DNA of 63,008 nucleotides, counting the filler, from Folioceros fuciformis (Eukaryota): assembly GCA_049999805.1 (NCBI GenBank). It is 5 parts of 5 records of this genome, joined end to end, with 100 filler letters (N's around TTAATTAATTAA, not from the genome) between each part and the next. Parts side by side here need not be neighbours in the genome. Positions count along the whole stretch, not along the records: positions 1 to 18,181 come from JBNGIO010006046.1; 4 more parts are not named here. One strand, written 5' to 3'. Position 1 is the first letter of the stretch, and the number at the start of each line of letters is the position of its first letter. A model generated the notes under the pieces. The model was not told where the DNA came from, did no database searches, and worked only from the letters and a program-made list of their open reading frames with translations. The translations under genes were made by a program, and so were the position numbers. Shown in pieces: positions 1 to 11,726 of the stretch.

Positions 1-176
1 GGCAAACCTAGTCTCTTTTTGTAGCCTTGCTCTTGGCCATAGGCCAAGGACAAATTAAGGCTAGGATTGTTGCTCCTGGGCCGAAGGCCAAGGAGATCGC
101 AGGCAGGCGGAAGCTTAGTGACCTAGCTTGGTAGACAGGCTAGGTAGGCATGCAGCTATGCGGCTGCTGCGCGACA
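1..176 (+). mobile_element. LTR (3' part) of the DNMT-carrying Ty3/gypsy family
   Basis: 1-16 (ggcaaacctagtctct) and 131-176 (gtagacaggc...ctgcgcgaca) are identical to the readable parts of the LTR at 55282-55383; ends in CA; no TGG PBS follows, so 3' or solo LTR. Confidence 0.8.
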
Positions 177-1506
177 TACTCCCTAAACTTGAATAATCGG
201 TCCGTAAGAATTCGCTGAGTCACAAGTCATTGTCATAGACTACTAGTTTTGAGAATAATATTCATATGATTGGGTCATATGAGAATAGTGAGGAGGCCTG
301 TGAGAATACTATTTATAACAGGAAGAATAGCCTTCGTATACATAAGTCAGACTCTTTAATGGTCTCCCGCACGTCCCGCTACGGATCCGTTCCGTGCCCG
401 CTATACCCGGAACTTTCACGGAAGGAGGTCAAACTCAGTGTGCGAGATGCAGAGCTTCTACGGAAGGAGGCCAAACTCACTGTGTGAGATGCGGTCGGCA
501 AGGACTAAGATGGGCATTTGAAATTGCGCATATATTTCTCCTAAATTGGTCGGAATGGCCGGAATATGGTCCCTCCAGGACTGAAACTTGCCTTGTCGGC
601 CACATGCCCCACAAGTTGCAAGTTGCAGGTCTATGATTCGGCTGGTTTCGGCAGTCATGGACTTTGGTGCACCCTGATTACTGGTGCCGTAGTATCCTCA
701 CCTTTCCTGCTTGCCTCCGCGAGATGAGACACAGAACAAAACAAATTCAACCTCCAAGTGCTGTCGCAAACAATTCGTCTTCCGGGCAGCACCTTGGCCG
801 AATGCTTGCAGCTCTCTTCAGCATCCCCTGTTGCAGCGCCTTCTCTTTCAGCTCTGTTTTCTCCGCCTCCTGGATGAGCTTCTGGTCCGCAACTTGCCAC
901 GCTTTTCTCGCTTCTCTGCCATCTCGTGTGTTGCAGTTTTCTGTTTCAGTGGCCACTGGACACGAAGATACGACCTTTACCCGGTCAGAGAAAACCAACT
1001 CCTCAGCGCATCACTGGGGGGTGCAGATTCGACAGAGAAGAGCGCCTTCGGTGAACCTTACGTCGGAAGCTACAGGCGATACAATCTTATGCTAAATCTG
1101 GTCACTCCAGGGGTGTTTTGATCGAGAATCAATTCTGGGCACGTAAGTGGATACGGACGGAAGGTATCAGATGAAGGGACGACGACACTGCGCGTGGCTC
1201 ATCGTCGGTCCAGAGCCGCACCAAGAGACTATTTAATATTATCAATAATAGTATTGAGTCAATAAGAAATGCCTGTATTTGTTTTTTTTTTTCTGTTACG
1301 GCCAAAGCCAAAGTCGTACGTCATCCCGCGGTGGTAGGTTATGCAACTAGAGGTTGTTCAGCATGAGGATGTGGATGCCAACAGCCAGACGATATTTGAC
1401 CCAGATATGGGCAGGGCTTGCCAGCCTTACAACCATGGACAACACATGTTTGTAAGTGAGCATCAAAATCGGGCAGTGAGGAGTGGTGTTTCCAGGGGTT
1501 CCTACC

Positions 1507-4500
1507 ATGGCTATCCAGTCGCCTGCGCTTGTGATTGCTGGAACGAGCCTTCTGAAGGGAGCAACTGCGACAGTGAAAAATGTGAGTGTGCATGGGGTTG
1601 CATGTCTCAGAGCTGGAGCCAGTCTGAGAGCCAGAGCCATGAACCTCGAAGGCGGGGCCTTTTTCTATGTACGTCCGCTTATTTCGTCGCCCTTGGGATC
1701 TGCAATTTGTCGGGCTTTGCATTCTGAGTGCAGCAGCAACAGCAGCAGACTGAATGTAAGGAATTGTTCCCAGGGTTTGCAGGATCTCAGGAAGGTCCAA
1801 GCGGAGACTGACCTGCGCATGCTCGAGGCGGGAGTGAAGCACACGCTTGCAGGCTGGGACCGGAAGCCGGCATCCTTGTACGACGTGGCATGGATCGCTC
1901 GGGTTCCCGCCACAGACGACGAGGAGGTGGCAGCAAGATTGAGGCCCCAGTTCCCGTTCTGCCTGGACTACATCTTGCAACACCAGCTGCAGGACGGATC
2001 GTGGGGGAACCCGGTGCTCCACCCTGTGTTCGAGCGCGTCGTCACCACGCTCGCGTGCGTGGTGGCTCTCGCGTCATGGCCTGGATCCGGCCACGCAGTT
2101 GAGCGAGGTGGGTTGCATACTTGAGCGTGCGCCGTTAACTGGAGAAGATTTTGACATTTTAACACGAGGGTCTCGCGGGCGAGTTGGAGCTCACAGGACA
2201 AATAAGAGGAGGTGAGCGATGCACTGCACTCACGCATCCGTATCCGTGTGGTGTGGGCAGGCGTGAAGTTCCTGCAACAGACCCATCGTGAGCTCCAGCT
2301 CGCGTCACCGGAGCAGCTGCCAATCGGGTTTCAGATCGTCGTTCCACAGCTGATGGAAGAAGCTAGGGATCTGGGCTTGCCACTGGAGTCGTGTGGTCAT
2401 GAGGGTCAGGATTATTCCAGGTACGTGAGCCTTAGTACCGTGATGGGAAGTCCGTGCCCCGAGCCTCAAGCTCGTCGTTCATGCGGGCTCCAGGGTGCTG
2501 GTTCAAGCAGCGATGCGGAAGCCAGGAGCCGAGTATCCGCTGGAGAGCTTGCGGTACGCCGTCCACTGGAGGGAGATTTTGGAGGAGTGGGATAGAGAAG
2601 GCAGATTGGATTCCGTGAGCGGAGCGCCTCTTGCAGCGGTGGCTGCCTGCAGCCTTCACACCAGAGACACCAAATGCCTCAATCTCCTCTCCAGAGCAGT
2701 GCGGCAGCTACACAGCCCTGACGCCACGAGTGAGTGCCCAGTCAAAGCCTCCTGTATGTGGCCGGTCTCATCAACGCAGTGGATGTGATCGGTTATGAGC
2801 CTCGTCCGTGTTTCAGTTCATGTACATCTGTTTGAATGTCGGGCGCTTGGACTGATTCCCAAACATCCACATTGACATGCCTGCAGTCTCCCTCGCCAGC
2901 GCGGACCTGTTGGAAGCGCTGCGAGTGACTGACAGACTCTGTCGCCTTGGGCTGTACCACCCGTTGAAGGAGGAAGTGCTGGAGTTCCTCCAATTCCTGT
3001 ACAGGTAATGAAGTCCGTTGCCATGGCAATGCGGTCATGTCCACTCGTGGGTGCAATCTAGACTTTTCGATCGCGTTGGCAAACGAGACGTGTATGCATG
3101 GCTCATGGACGCACATGGCAGCCATTACTGGTCTCCAAAGCGAGGCCTGCTAACCATGGACGACACCGCCACAGCATTCCTCCTCCTCCGGGTGCACGGT
3201 TATCCTGTATCCCCTGGTATGTGTGGCGCAGTCGCGTGCTACTGCAACAACACTGTTTAAATTATATCGCATGAGCTTAAAGCATATGTTGTGGAGCTGG
3301 TAGATGTGTTTGAGAGATTCCGGAAGCCCGGCGGGGAAATGGTATCCGAGGTCGACCCTGTCAGCACCGTGCTCAGCTTCTACCGTGCCAGCCAGAGAGT
3401 GTTCCCTGGCGAGGATACTCTGGAAGCGGACAACCTGCAAGCGCTCCGCTTGCTGAAGAAAAAGCATGACAGAAATGAATGCTTCGACGATTGGATAGGC
3501 CGAAGGAATCTCAAACTGCAGGTACGTCCCCGGGGGTCCCAGGGCATGTGGCTTGCATCACATTTCAACTGTAGATCTGCGCGATTTTGATTTACGTACA
3601 GTTCCAGGTTCAACGCGCTTTGAACCGGCCCTGGCACGCGTCCGTGTACAGATGCGATGAGCAAGCCTTCATCGATGCGTTTGTTCCTGCAGAGGACGTC
3701 TGGGTCGGCAGGAGTCTATACAAGTGAGCACACCCGTGTTACGTGTTTGAGCAGCTTGAGGGCCAGCTGATTTCCATGTCTTTGAACTCCCGAGCTTGCT
3801 GCAGGACACCCTGTTTGATCAACCAGTCCCTCCTCCAGCTTGCAAAGGCAAACTTCAACTTGAACCAATCCATGCACACCAAAAACATGGAAAGACTGCA
3901 CAGGTACGTTTCCGCCTGATGAATGTGCAAGAGGCTGATTGGGCCCACCCTGTGTGAGGTGTGCTTGACGTGGAAAGGCAATATGGCAATGTGCTGAACC
4001 ATTTCGTTTCCGGCAGATGGTATATGAACTGCAGATTAGACGAGATCAACCTGGGCAAGCGAGGGCAGGTGAGAGAAAGCTACTTCGTGGCCTGGGGATC
4101 TGGGATCCCTCCCGAGTTTCCAGAGGCAATCATAGCTTCCGCGCAGAACACAATCCTGACAACATTGACGGACGACTATTTCGACTTAAACGTCGACCCC
4201 TTTCCCGAGTTGGAGAAATTCGTGGAAGCGATTCGAAGGTTGCATACCTGCATCATGCCACGCACTTCACAACCTGGAGCCGACCTGCCAGCTGACCATC
4301 ACGCCATGAATGTCCTGCAGATGGGACCCGGCAGTGATAGAGAACGGCAGTGAGGTGCAACGAGTGCTCTTCTTCGCCATCTACAACACCATCAACGCGA
4401 CTACGGAGGCAGCATCTCGATGTCAGGGACGACACGTATCCCACGAGCTGAGAAGCATGGTAAGCAGCTGGTAGGTTGAACCAGAGATTCCTCAACTCTT

Positions 4501-5114
4501 TTAAGGTCAAGCCTCTCATTGCACATGGATGCGTGCATGCATTTCAGTATCTGCGCTTGGTGGAGGCCATGCTGCAGGAGGCAGAATGGACCAGGACGGG
4601 CATCCATCCGTCCATAGACGACTACTTGCGGGTGGCAGAGACGTCGGTGGGATTCGAGCATATCGTGCTGAGTGCGCTCATGCTCATGCCCCAAAAGCTG
4701 TCCAGGGAAATGCTGGAGGGCCCCGAATACCCGCTGCTCCTGCAACTGGTGAGCAGATCCTTCAGGCTCATGAACGACGCGCGCACAGCCGAACGCGAGA
4801 TGCAGGCCGGCAAGTTCAACGCCCTGTCACTGTGGCTGGAGCAGAACCCTGAAGCGAGCGTGGCGGATGCAGAAGCCTACGTGGTGAGGCAGTCGGAGGA
4901 GGCCATGAGGCGGCTGGTGCAGGCTGTATTTCTGGGGCCCCCGGCCCGTCGTGAACCTTATTCCCCGCCATTTCTACCGATTGAGAGCAGACAATTGTTC
5001 CTGGGTATGGCCCGTGTCGTCACATTTTTTTACCACAAAAGCGACGGCTGGTCCAAGCCAGACAATGAATTACAAGAGCAGGTATCGGCCCTGCTTTTCC
5101 GACCCTTCTCCTGA
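1507..5114 (+). CDS. Diterpene synthase, three-domain class I (ent-kaurene synthase-like), about 11 exons
   Basis: SLYDVAWIARVP and ILQHQLQDGSWG motifs in exon 1; DDYFD (4171-4185); NSE/DTE motif NDARTAERE (from 4773); GT-AG introns of about 70-160 bp; transit-peptide-like N-terminus. The class II DxDD position reads TMDD (3153-3164). Start codon uncertain (1507 chosen; possible upstream exon at 1341). Confidence 0.92.
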
Positions 5115-5285
5115 CTACCCACCAACTCGGTTGCCAACCTAGGTCTCGACGCTCTCCGTTTGCTCGCGGATGTACAGATATGACAAAGTGGCAGCCCTGG
5201 CTCATTTAGTACTTGACAAGATATATGTGACCGAGTGCACCCCTGAGCAGGGCTCCCTTTCGAGGGTTCTTGTAGATAATTTAAG

Positions 5286-7586
5286 CTACGTTTTGATAAC
5301 GTCTGCTTGTAGAAGACATCCTGCTTCCTCTAGCTTCATGTTCAGCTCGCTCAACATATGATGAAGCCGTTCATCCTGGTGGTGACTGCGGTCGCCCACC
5401 ACAAATGAGTGTATTCCCTGCTCATGCTCGATCCAGCTCTGGCCAGGCCTCTTTGACGCACCTGCTCTGTGTCTCATCTCGTCTACTTCGCTCACAGAGT
5501 CCCACATGCCGGCATGAGCATATATATTTGACATGAGCACATAGGCAGAAGCTTGTTCCGGGGCTAATGCCACAGCACAGTCAAAGGCTTGCCTGCCCAG
5601 GAACACGTTTTTGTGTTTCCTGCAGGCATTCAGTACGCAAAGCCATAGGCTGAAGTTGGGCTGCATTGGCATCAAGGACTGTAGCTCTCCTGCCCGCTCG
5701 AAGAGTCCAGCACGGCTGACCAGGTCGATCATACATACGTAGTGATCTAGTTCCGCATCAATGCCATGACTTTTGGTCATGCTCTGAAAGAGCTGAAGTC
5801 CCTCATCGACCATTCCAGCATGACAGCATGCAGTCAGGAGTGCCTGGAAGGTAACTCTGTTTGGCTTCAACCCTGCCAGACACATACGCTTGTAACAAAG
5901 GATACTGGACTCCCAGTCACCTTGCCGCGCATAACCAGAAAGCAGGGCAGTCCACGACACCACATCAGGCTGAGCTATGGCGTCAAACATCCGTTGGGCA
6001 TCCACCATGCTTCCGCACTTGCCAAAGGCATGAATTAAACTCGTAGCCAAAGGAACACTGCATTCCAGTCCACTCTCCACAATCTTTCGGTGGACGTGCA
6101 TGCAGATACCCAAGGTTCCTATGCTGCTACAAGCCTCTAATGCAGACAGGAAGGTAGCCTCATCTAATGTCACGCCTTCTTCTTGCATTTGCCTGAAGAT
6201 CTGCAAAGCATTTTCTCCTTGATCTTGTTGAGCATAGGCGCCGATCATGGCATTCCATGACACAACATCTCGCTGAGACAATCCATCGAAAACACGTCGC
6301 GCATCCTTAACGCTTCCACACTTGGCATACATGCTGACCAAACAGCTCCCAACAAACATGTATGATTCGTAGCCACGATAAGCTGCTTCCGCATGCAATT
6401 CCTTGCCCTTTTGCAGAGCATGGAGCTTGACATTTTGCTTGTCCACAATAACACCTTCTTCGTGGTCGGCAAGAGTCCCACATGCTTGTAAAGCACTAAC
6501 TAAGGTCCTAGCACTTGGCCTCATGCCCTCGGCTTGCATTCGTTTGTACATCTGGAAGGCTTTTACTCCTTGATCCTGCTGACCATATGCTGCCAGCATT
6601 GCATTCCACGACACTACATCACGCTGAGCCAGCATTTCAAACACTTTCTCAGCATCCTTCAAGCTCCCACATTTTGCGTACATACTAACCAAAGCACTGC
6701 CAACAAAAATATCCTGCTCAAACCCCAAGCGAGCAGCTTCAGCATGTAAAACCTTCCCTTTTCGTAGCAACCCAATTTTGAGATGCTCTCTGTACACAAC
6801 TGCACTTTCCTCCTTTTCAGCAAGGATGCCACATGCTTGCAGAGCACTGACCAGTGTGCGATCATCCGGCACAACACCCTGCTCCCGCATTTCCGAGTAT
6901 AGCTGCAAAGCCTGGCCTCCTTGGTCCTGCTGAGAGTACGCTGCAATCATGGCATTCCACGAGACTACATTGCGGTCAGACAAGCGTCTGAAGACCAGTT
7001 CAGCATCCGGGATACTCCCACACTTTGAGTACATACTGACTAACGAGCTGCCAACATAACTATCTGTCTCAAACCCCTGCATCCGTGCATCAGCATGCAC
7101 TCGCTTGCCCTGTCCAAGATCTCCTAATCTGCTGCATGCTTTGAGCACGGCCACTAGCGTATACGTGTTGGGCTTCACACCATTGTGTTGCATCCGCTCG
7201 TACCATGTAATCGCTTCTTGGCATTGTCCAGCTTTGGCATACCCTACAATGATGGCTGTCCAAGACAACACTGTTGGGGAAGACAAATCCTTAAAGACGG
7301 CAATCCCATCTGCGAGGCTCCCACACTTCACCAGCGTGGTCACCATCAGCTCGCCCAACTCTCTGTTTGCATCCAACCCATGCTTTGCCAAACGAGCTTG
7401 TATTTCCTTGGCATCATCAAGGCTATTCTTTCGCATGCACAGCCGCAACAGGTGCTTGTAACTCCGCACGGGGGGCACCAGGCCATCCCGGTCCACGTGG
7501 AGCAAACTCTGTAGGCTCGTGCCAAGTTGTCCAGGCATCCCGACTTGCAGCTGAGACTGCACCATGGCCTCAATCGTCGAGGGCAT
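5286..7586 (-). CDS. PLS-class pentatricopeptide repeat protein with E/E+ domain (organellar RNA-editing factor type)
   Basis: Intronless ORF with repeated VVSWNAMI / LVSMYAKCG motifs, E-domain HYVCMIDLVSRAG and AYVLMSNIYA, PG-box KRPGQSWIE; stops before a DYW domain. First ATG at 7586 (frame open to 7670). Confidence 0.95.
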   Translation of the reverse strand: MPSTIEAMVQSQLQVGMPGQLGTSLQSLLHVDRDGLVPPVRSYKHLLRLCMRKNSLDDAKEIQARLAKHGLDANRELGELMVTTLVKCGSLADGIAVFKDLSSPTVLSWTAIIVGYAKAGQCQEAITWYERMQHNGVKPNTYTLVAVLKACSRLGDLGQGKRVHADARMQGFETDSYVGSSLVSMYSKCGSIPDAELVFRRLSDRNVVSWNAMIAAYSQQDQGGQALQLYSEMREQGVVPDDRTLVSALQACGILAEKEESAVVYREHLKIGLLRKGKVLHAEAARLGFEQDIFVGSALVSMYAKCGSLKDAEKVFEMLAQRDVVSWNAMLAAYGQQDQGVKAFQMYKRMQAEGMRPSARTLVSALQACGTLADHEEGVIVDKQNVKLHALQKGKELHAEAAYRGYESYMFVGSCLVSMYAKCGSVKDARRVFDGLSQRDVVSWNAMIGAYAQQDQGENALQIFRQMQEEGVTLDEATFLSALEACSSIGTLGICMHVHRKIVESGLECSVPLATSLIHAFGKCGSMVDAQRMFDAIAQPDVVSWTALLSGYARQGDWESSILCYKRMCLAGLKPNRVTFQALLTACCHAGMVDEGLQLFQSMTKSHGIDAELDHYVCMIDLVSRAGLFERAGELQSLMPMQPNFSLWLCVLNACRKHKNVFLGRQAFDCAVALAPEQASAYVLMSNIYAHAGMWDSVSEVDEMRHRAGASKRPGQSWIEHEQGIHSFVVGDRSHHQDERLHHMLSELNMKLEEAGCLLQADVIKT

Positions 7587-9254
7587 TCCATGATACTGTA
7601 TATCACCCACCCCATGCACTCCCCATCTCAGAGCTCTGACCGCGAGTCTGCTTTCTAGTCTCAGCCTCACGCTGAGAGAGCCGGAGTCGTAGGTAGAGTG
7701 TGCTTTTGAGCTGTTGCTGAGAAAAAGCAGAGCAGTACGTAGGAGTGGAGCGGGTGCCTGGAGCCCGGTCTTTGCTCTCGCCCTCGCCTTCTCCTGACAA
7801 GAAGAGGCCGCCTATTCATCCACCGCTCTTTCCCGCCCTCGTCTCATACTCCATCCCGTTCCCCGCCTCCGGCTCTCCGCGGGAAATTCCTCCCCGACCT
7901 ACTGAAATCTGGATTTCCCGACTTTCTTCGAGCTCTCATCTCTACTCTTTTGCATGCCCCCGTCCCTACCGCTCCCGCCATACATGACTTCTCCATTCTG
8001 ATATCCAATCTGCCTCCCCTCCGTCTCTCACCCGCCTCGAAACTGCCTCGTGCAAATTTTCCCTTCTTCCTCCGCCTCTTCCTCTTGATTGCTGGCACCA
8101 GCACCACCAACAGCACGGATGACCCGGTCCTGTCTCTAATGCTGGGAATCATCAACTCTGGCGGTAAGGCGAACGCAGCCTGGTTTGCCAGTCAGCACAA
8201 TTCAGAAGAACAATTTGAAGGCACATGAACATCCTGAGGTCATGACACTGCTGCCCTTGGCCATCGAACAGAAATCGCCGGCAGGAAACGCTGTATTCCT
8301 GCAGCTAAGGGCATTACTGCAGTACTGTGACCCCACTGCAGGAGGAAGGTAACATTGTGTTACGTGTGGACGCACAAAGGCAAGCTACGTCACGCAGCCT
8401 TTCCTTTCCTCATGGATGTTACATACACTTCTCCTCATGCTCAAAAGTCTCCCCTTACCAAGCCCACCACTACCGTTCTTGACCGTCTCCTTTCGCTCTA
8501 GGATTCATGGTCATGAATTCATGCTGTGTTTCCACCGCGTCGGCTGGTCGTATCTGCTGTGTGTTGAACAGAGCCCCACTCACCGCACTCTTTACTTGGA
8601 ACAAATTCATGCAAGCTCATAGTGAGGACGATCTGGCTCCCTAAATGCCCCTCAAAGACCATCTGCCAATAGAAGGAACGCCCGATGAGCACGGCACACG
8701 GAAATCGGAATGAATCCGAGCACTATCCACACTGAGTCCACGTGCTTGGATGCTCAGATTGGGCAGCCAAGGAGAATCTAATGTACCACTACACTCCACA
8801 CATGATTTTTTGAAAACGTGGTGAAGGGGAGTTATGACCGGGGCGATATGCATGAACGGGTCCTCATCCTCGCTGCTCTTCCGTGGAAGAGTAAACGGTT
8901 TGGCCCACCCGGCGTCCAATCCGTGATGTCGAAGGGTGTGGACGGTACTCCATCCACAGGCTAGAGGAAGTAGAACACCAATTGTGTTTCAATCCAAAAT
9001 TGCTCAGAATGTACCACCATTATCCAGCAGGAGCTCGCATCGCCGCACGTACTCGACAAACGGCAATTTCGACCATGGAGCTTTACCCGGACGATTCTTT
9101 AGGGTGAGAAGTACTGAATGAGCTATCCACTACCCAAAAGGACCCCATTTGGGTTGTTCTCCGGACGAGAAGAGATTGAGAAGAGATTATGATAGAACGC
9201 CTTACACACCCACCTTCCAATCTAGAATTGCGCTGGAACGAGGAGTGTAGGCAG

Positions 9255-11051
9255 TCAAGATGATTTCGCTCGTTCTTGAACTTGCTTCAACAACTCAACT
9301 GCCTTGACTTGAGCTTCCTTCACCAGGGGCTTGGAGGCTTCGAGGGCCTTGGCTGCAGCGGGCTTGGCCGCCTCCCATGTTTTCACAACGTAAGGCTGAG
9401 CCTCACGAGCTTTCTCTACAGTTGTTCTTAATGCCTGGACATGCACCATCAAAGTGTCGTGAGTGGGAAACGCCCGCAACGCTCAAACGTGGTCAGCAGG
9501 GTTTACGATTAGCGCATCTGGCAGATGACAAGAGCAAATGGCAAGTTACCTTCTCAGAGAAGGGCTTGGCCTTGACATACACTTGGTCTACCACTGGTAT
9601 GGCCTTTTCAACCACGTCATCGACAGTCTGCAAAGAGGAAATGGTACATGTTCAGCTGTTCGAAGGGTTGGCATGGACTATGGCGAACATCGGGCATTGG
9701 TGCAACAGAATGCTCACCTTCTCCGCTACCTTCCAAATGCTTTCCGGCACAAGAAACAGAATAGTCCCGAAGCCCCCGGCTGCTGCCAACAGCACTACCT
9801 GGGACAGAAAGAGCGACCATGTACCGTGCGTCTTGGCCCGGCCAGCAGGTTTGCTATCGACCAGACCTTCCTCTTGCCTCTTGTCACCTTGAACCTTCTC
9901 AGCTTGAACCTTCTCGGCTTTAACCTTCTCAGCTTCAACCTTTTCGGCTTCAAGCTTCTGCGCTTGAAGCCTCTGAGCTTCCTGCTCCTGCCATTACAGC
10001 ATTTTGGAGCCCTAGGACTTCAGACCAGGTAAAAACCAAGGCAGATTTCCCTCTTGCATGAAGCCACCGCACGAGGCCTGTAGAAAGCTCTTACTTTTTC
10101 CACTTCAGCCCTCCTAGCGGCCTCAGCTGCGGCCCTCTCCTGCGCTGCCTTCTCCCGTTCCTGAATGGCCTTCTGCTCCGCAGCTTCCCTCTCTTGCCTT
10201 GCTTTCTCTGCCGCTTCCTTTATCTGTTGCAGTCTCTGGAGAGGCCAGCGTCGCGGGATTGCTCATTCAGACGGCTCAGCCCTAAGGCAAAGAGATGCAC
10301 AACCAGCAGACATCCGCAAAGAGAGAACTGACCGATATCACGGGAGCCGGTGGGACCACATCCGCTGGTGCGTCGGAGACTTCACCTTGCTCGTTCCGCT
10401 CCTACTTGTTTCAGTGCACACAGCAAGGGCGTACCAACACCAAGTCAGAAAGAACTCCGGAATGCATCACCCTTGCGCAGATTCGATTCGACAGGGGAAG
10501 AGAACTCCGATAAACCTTGATCTTGGTGAGCAGCTCCAGGTACCTCGAGTCATCGACCTCCCCGACCAGAGCCCAGCCGGCGGCCTCCACTGCAGGCTGA
10601 CCGCTCCCTGCAAGTGTGGTAAAGGACCGCTCAACGAGCAACGCACGACACCAGAACCCACCCAATTCCTCCTCCCCTCCCTCCGCTCACACTCCCCACA
10701 CAATCCTCAATCCCGTATCACCAACAACGGAGCAAACACGAACCCAAGAATTGTATCAACACATTGCAGAAGGACAACAGCAGCAGCAAGATGCAACCCA
10801 CCCACGACGGCAGCAGCCAGCAACGGCAGGAGCAGCTTGGCAGCCACCCCCTTGACATCGCATTGCCCGGCACCCGCTCCAGCGGACGGCTGCTGCTGCT
10901 GCGGCGGCGGCGGCAGGCAGCACAGCGCTACTCTGCCACTGGTCTTGGCAGGCCGACCACCCCCGCCTCCGCTCCCGCTCCCAGCCAGAACCGGGTACCG
11001 CAACGTCGGGGAGAGGGAGATGCCGGCCATAGCTGCCACAGCCCCCGTCAT
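9255..11051 (-). CDS. Uncharacterised multi-exon protein, probably thylakoid-targeted, with Ala/Glu/Lys coiled coil and one TM segment
   Basis: Exons joined at GT-AG sites give a transit peptide, hydrophobic LLPLLAAAVVG..AVEA signal, EAAEKARQEREAAEQK helix, TM VVLLAAAGGFGTILFLVP and an amphipathic C-terminus ending QERAKSS*. Family not recognised. Confidence 0.7.
9888..9977 (-). repeat. 15-bp coding tandem repeat (about 6 copies) encoding (V/L)(Q/E/K)AEK
   Basis: cttgaaccttctcag-like units repeated head to tail. Confidence 0.85.
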
Positions 11052-11057
11052 CTCCAG

Positions 11058-11110
11058 CAGCCCAGCCCAGCTCAGCCCAGCCCAGCTCAGCCCAGCCCAA
11101 CACAGCACAG
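11058..11110. repeat. (CAGCC)n pentanucleotide microsatellite
   Basis: cagcccagcccagctcagcccagccc... directly upstream of the ATG at 11051. Confidence 0.85.
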
Positions 11111-11726
11111 CAACAGCAAGGCACAGCCCACGACCGAATCCCCTCCGCAAATGAGTGTCACAAACGCAGGCGGGCGGGGGCTGTATGTCACCACCACGAC
11201 CGCATTCACTGGCACCGAGATCGCAGAGCACAAAAGAAAGACGGAGTCCGTTAGGAATTCACTTCCTCCTCAAAGCACTCCGCATCCGGAGCGATTCACG
11301 CACGGCCAGGGACCAACCCAGGTGCCTCGAAAGCCAGCTCTGACAGGCGCGGCGAGCCAGCAGGGGACGAGCAGCAAGCAAATGACCGAAGTGGGCCAGG
11401 TGGCCACATCCGGAGCGCCACCCAATCCACAACGGATGCCGCAACGCCCTCTCCGTTCTCCCGTAACGGACTCCCCCGCTCCCCATCGTCCACAAATCCA
11501 ATCCCGTCGCCTCTCATGTAGGCATTACCTGAGCATTAATTGAAGGCAAAATATTAAACCCCTCCTCCGTAAAACTCTGCCTGTCACTAGCTAGGGTTGT
11601 GCGACGAACGCGCGGCTTCATCGTATTGTTTTCGTCGCCCAGGAGCTGGGGCGGAATAGCAGGGCGCGGGGACGGGGTACGCAGGATGTAAGCTTATTCG
11701 TGATTACTAGGGAGGGGAAATTGGAG

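Noticed and set aside
177-194. tactccctaaactt resembles a reverse-strand PPT, which would flip the LTR orientation
   Set aside because: The copy at 55282 has a clear PPT and ORF on the plus strand; treated as chance or as the insertion target, not resolved.
655-1000. Minus-strand 83-aa ORF with a charged helical stretch
   Set aside because: Could be an exon, but no recognisable family or consistent gene model.
9255-11051. CURT1/CAAD family assignment
   Set aside because: Only one clear TM segment and the CAAD signature is absent.
10165-11543. Long plus-strand ORFs (329 aa, 259 aa) and the 325-aa ORF at 17256
   Set aside because: Antisense shadows of GC-rich exons and microsatellites; no domain content.
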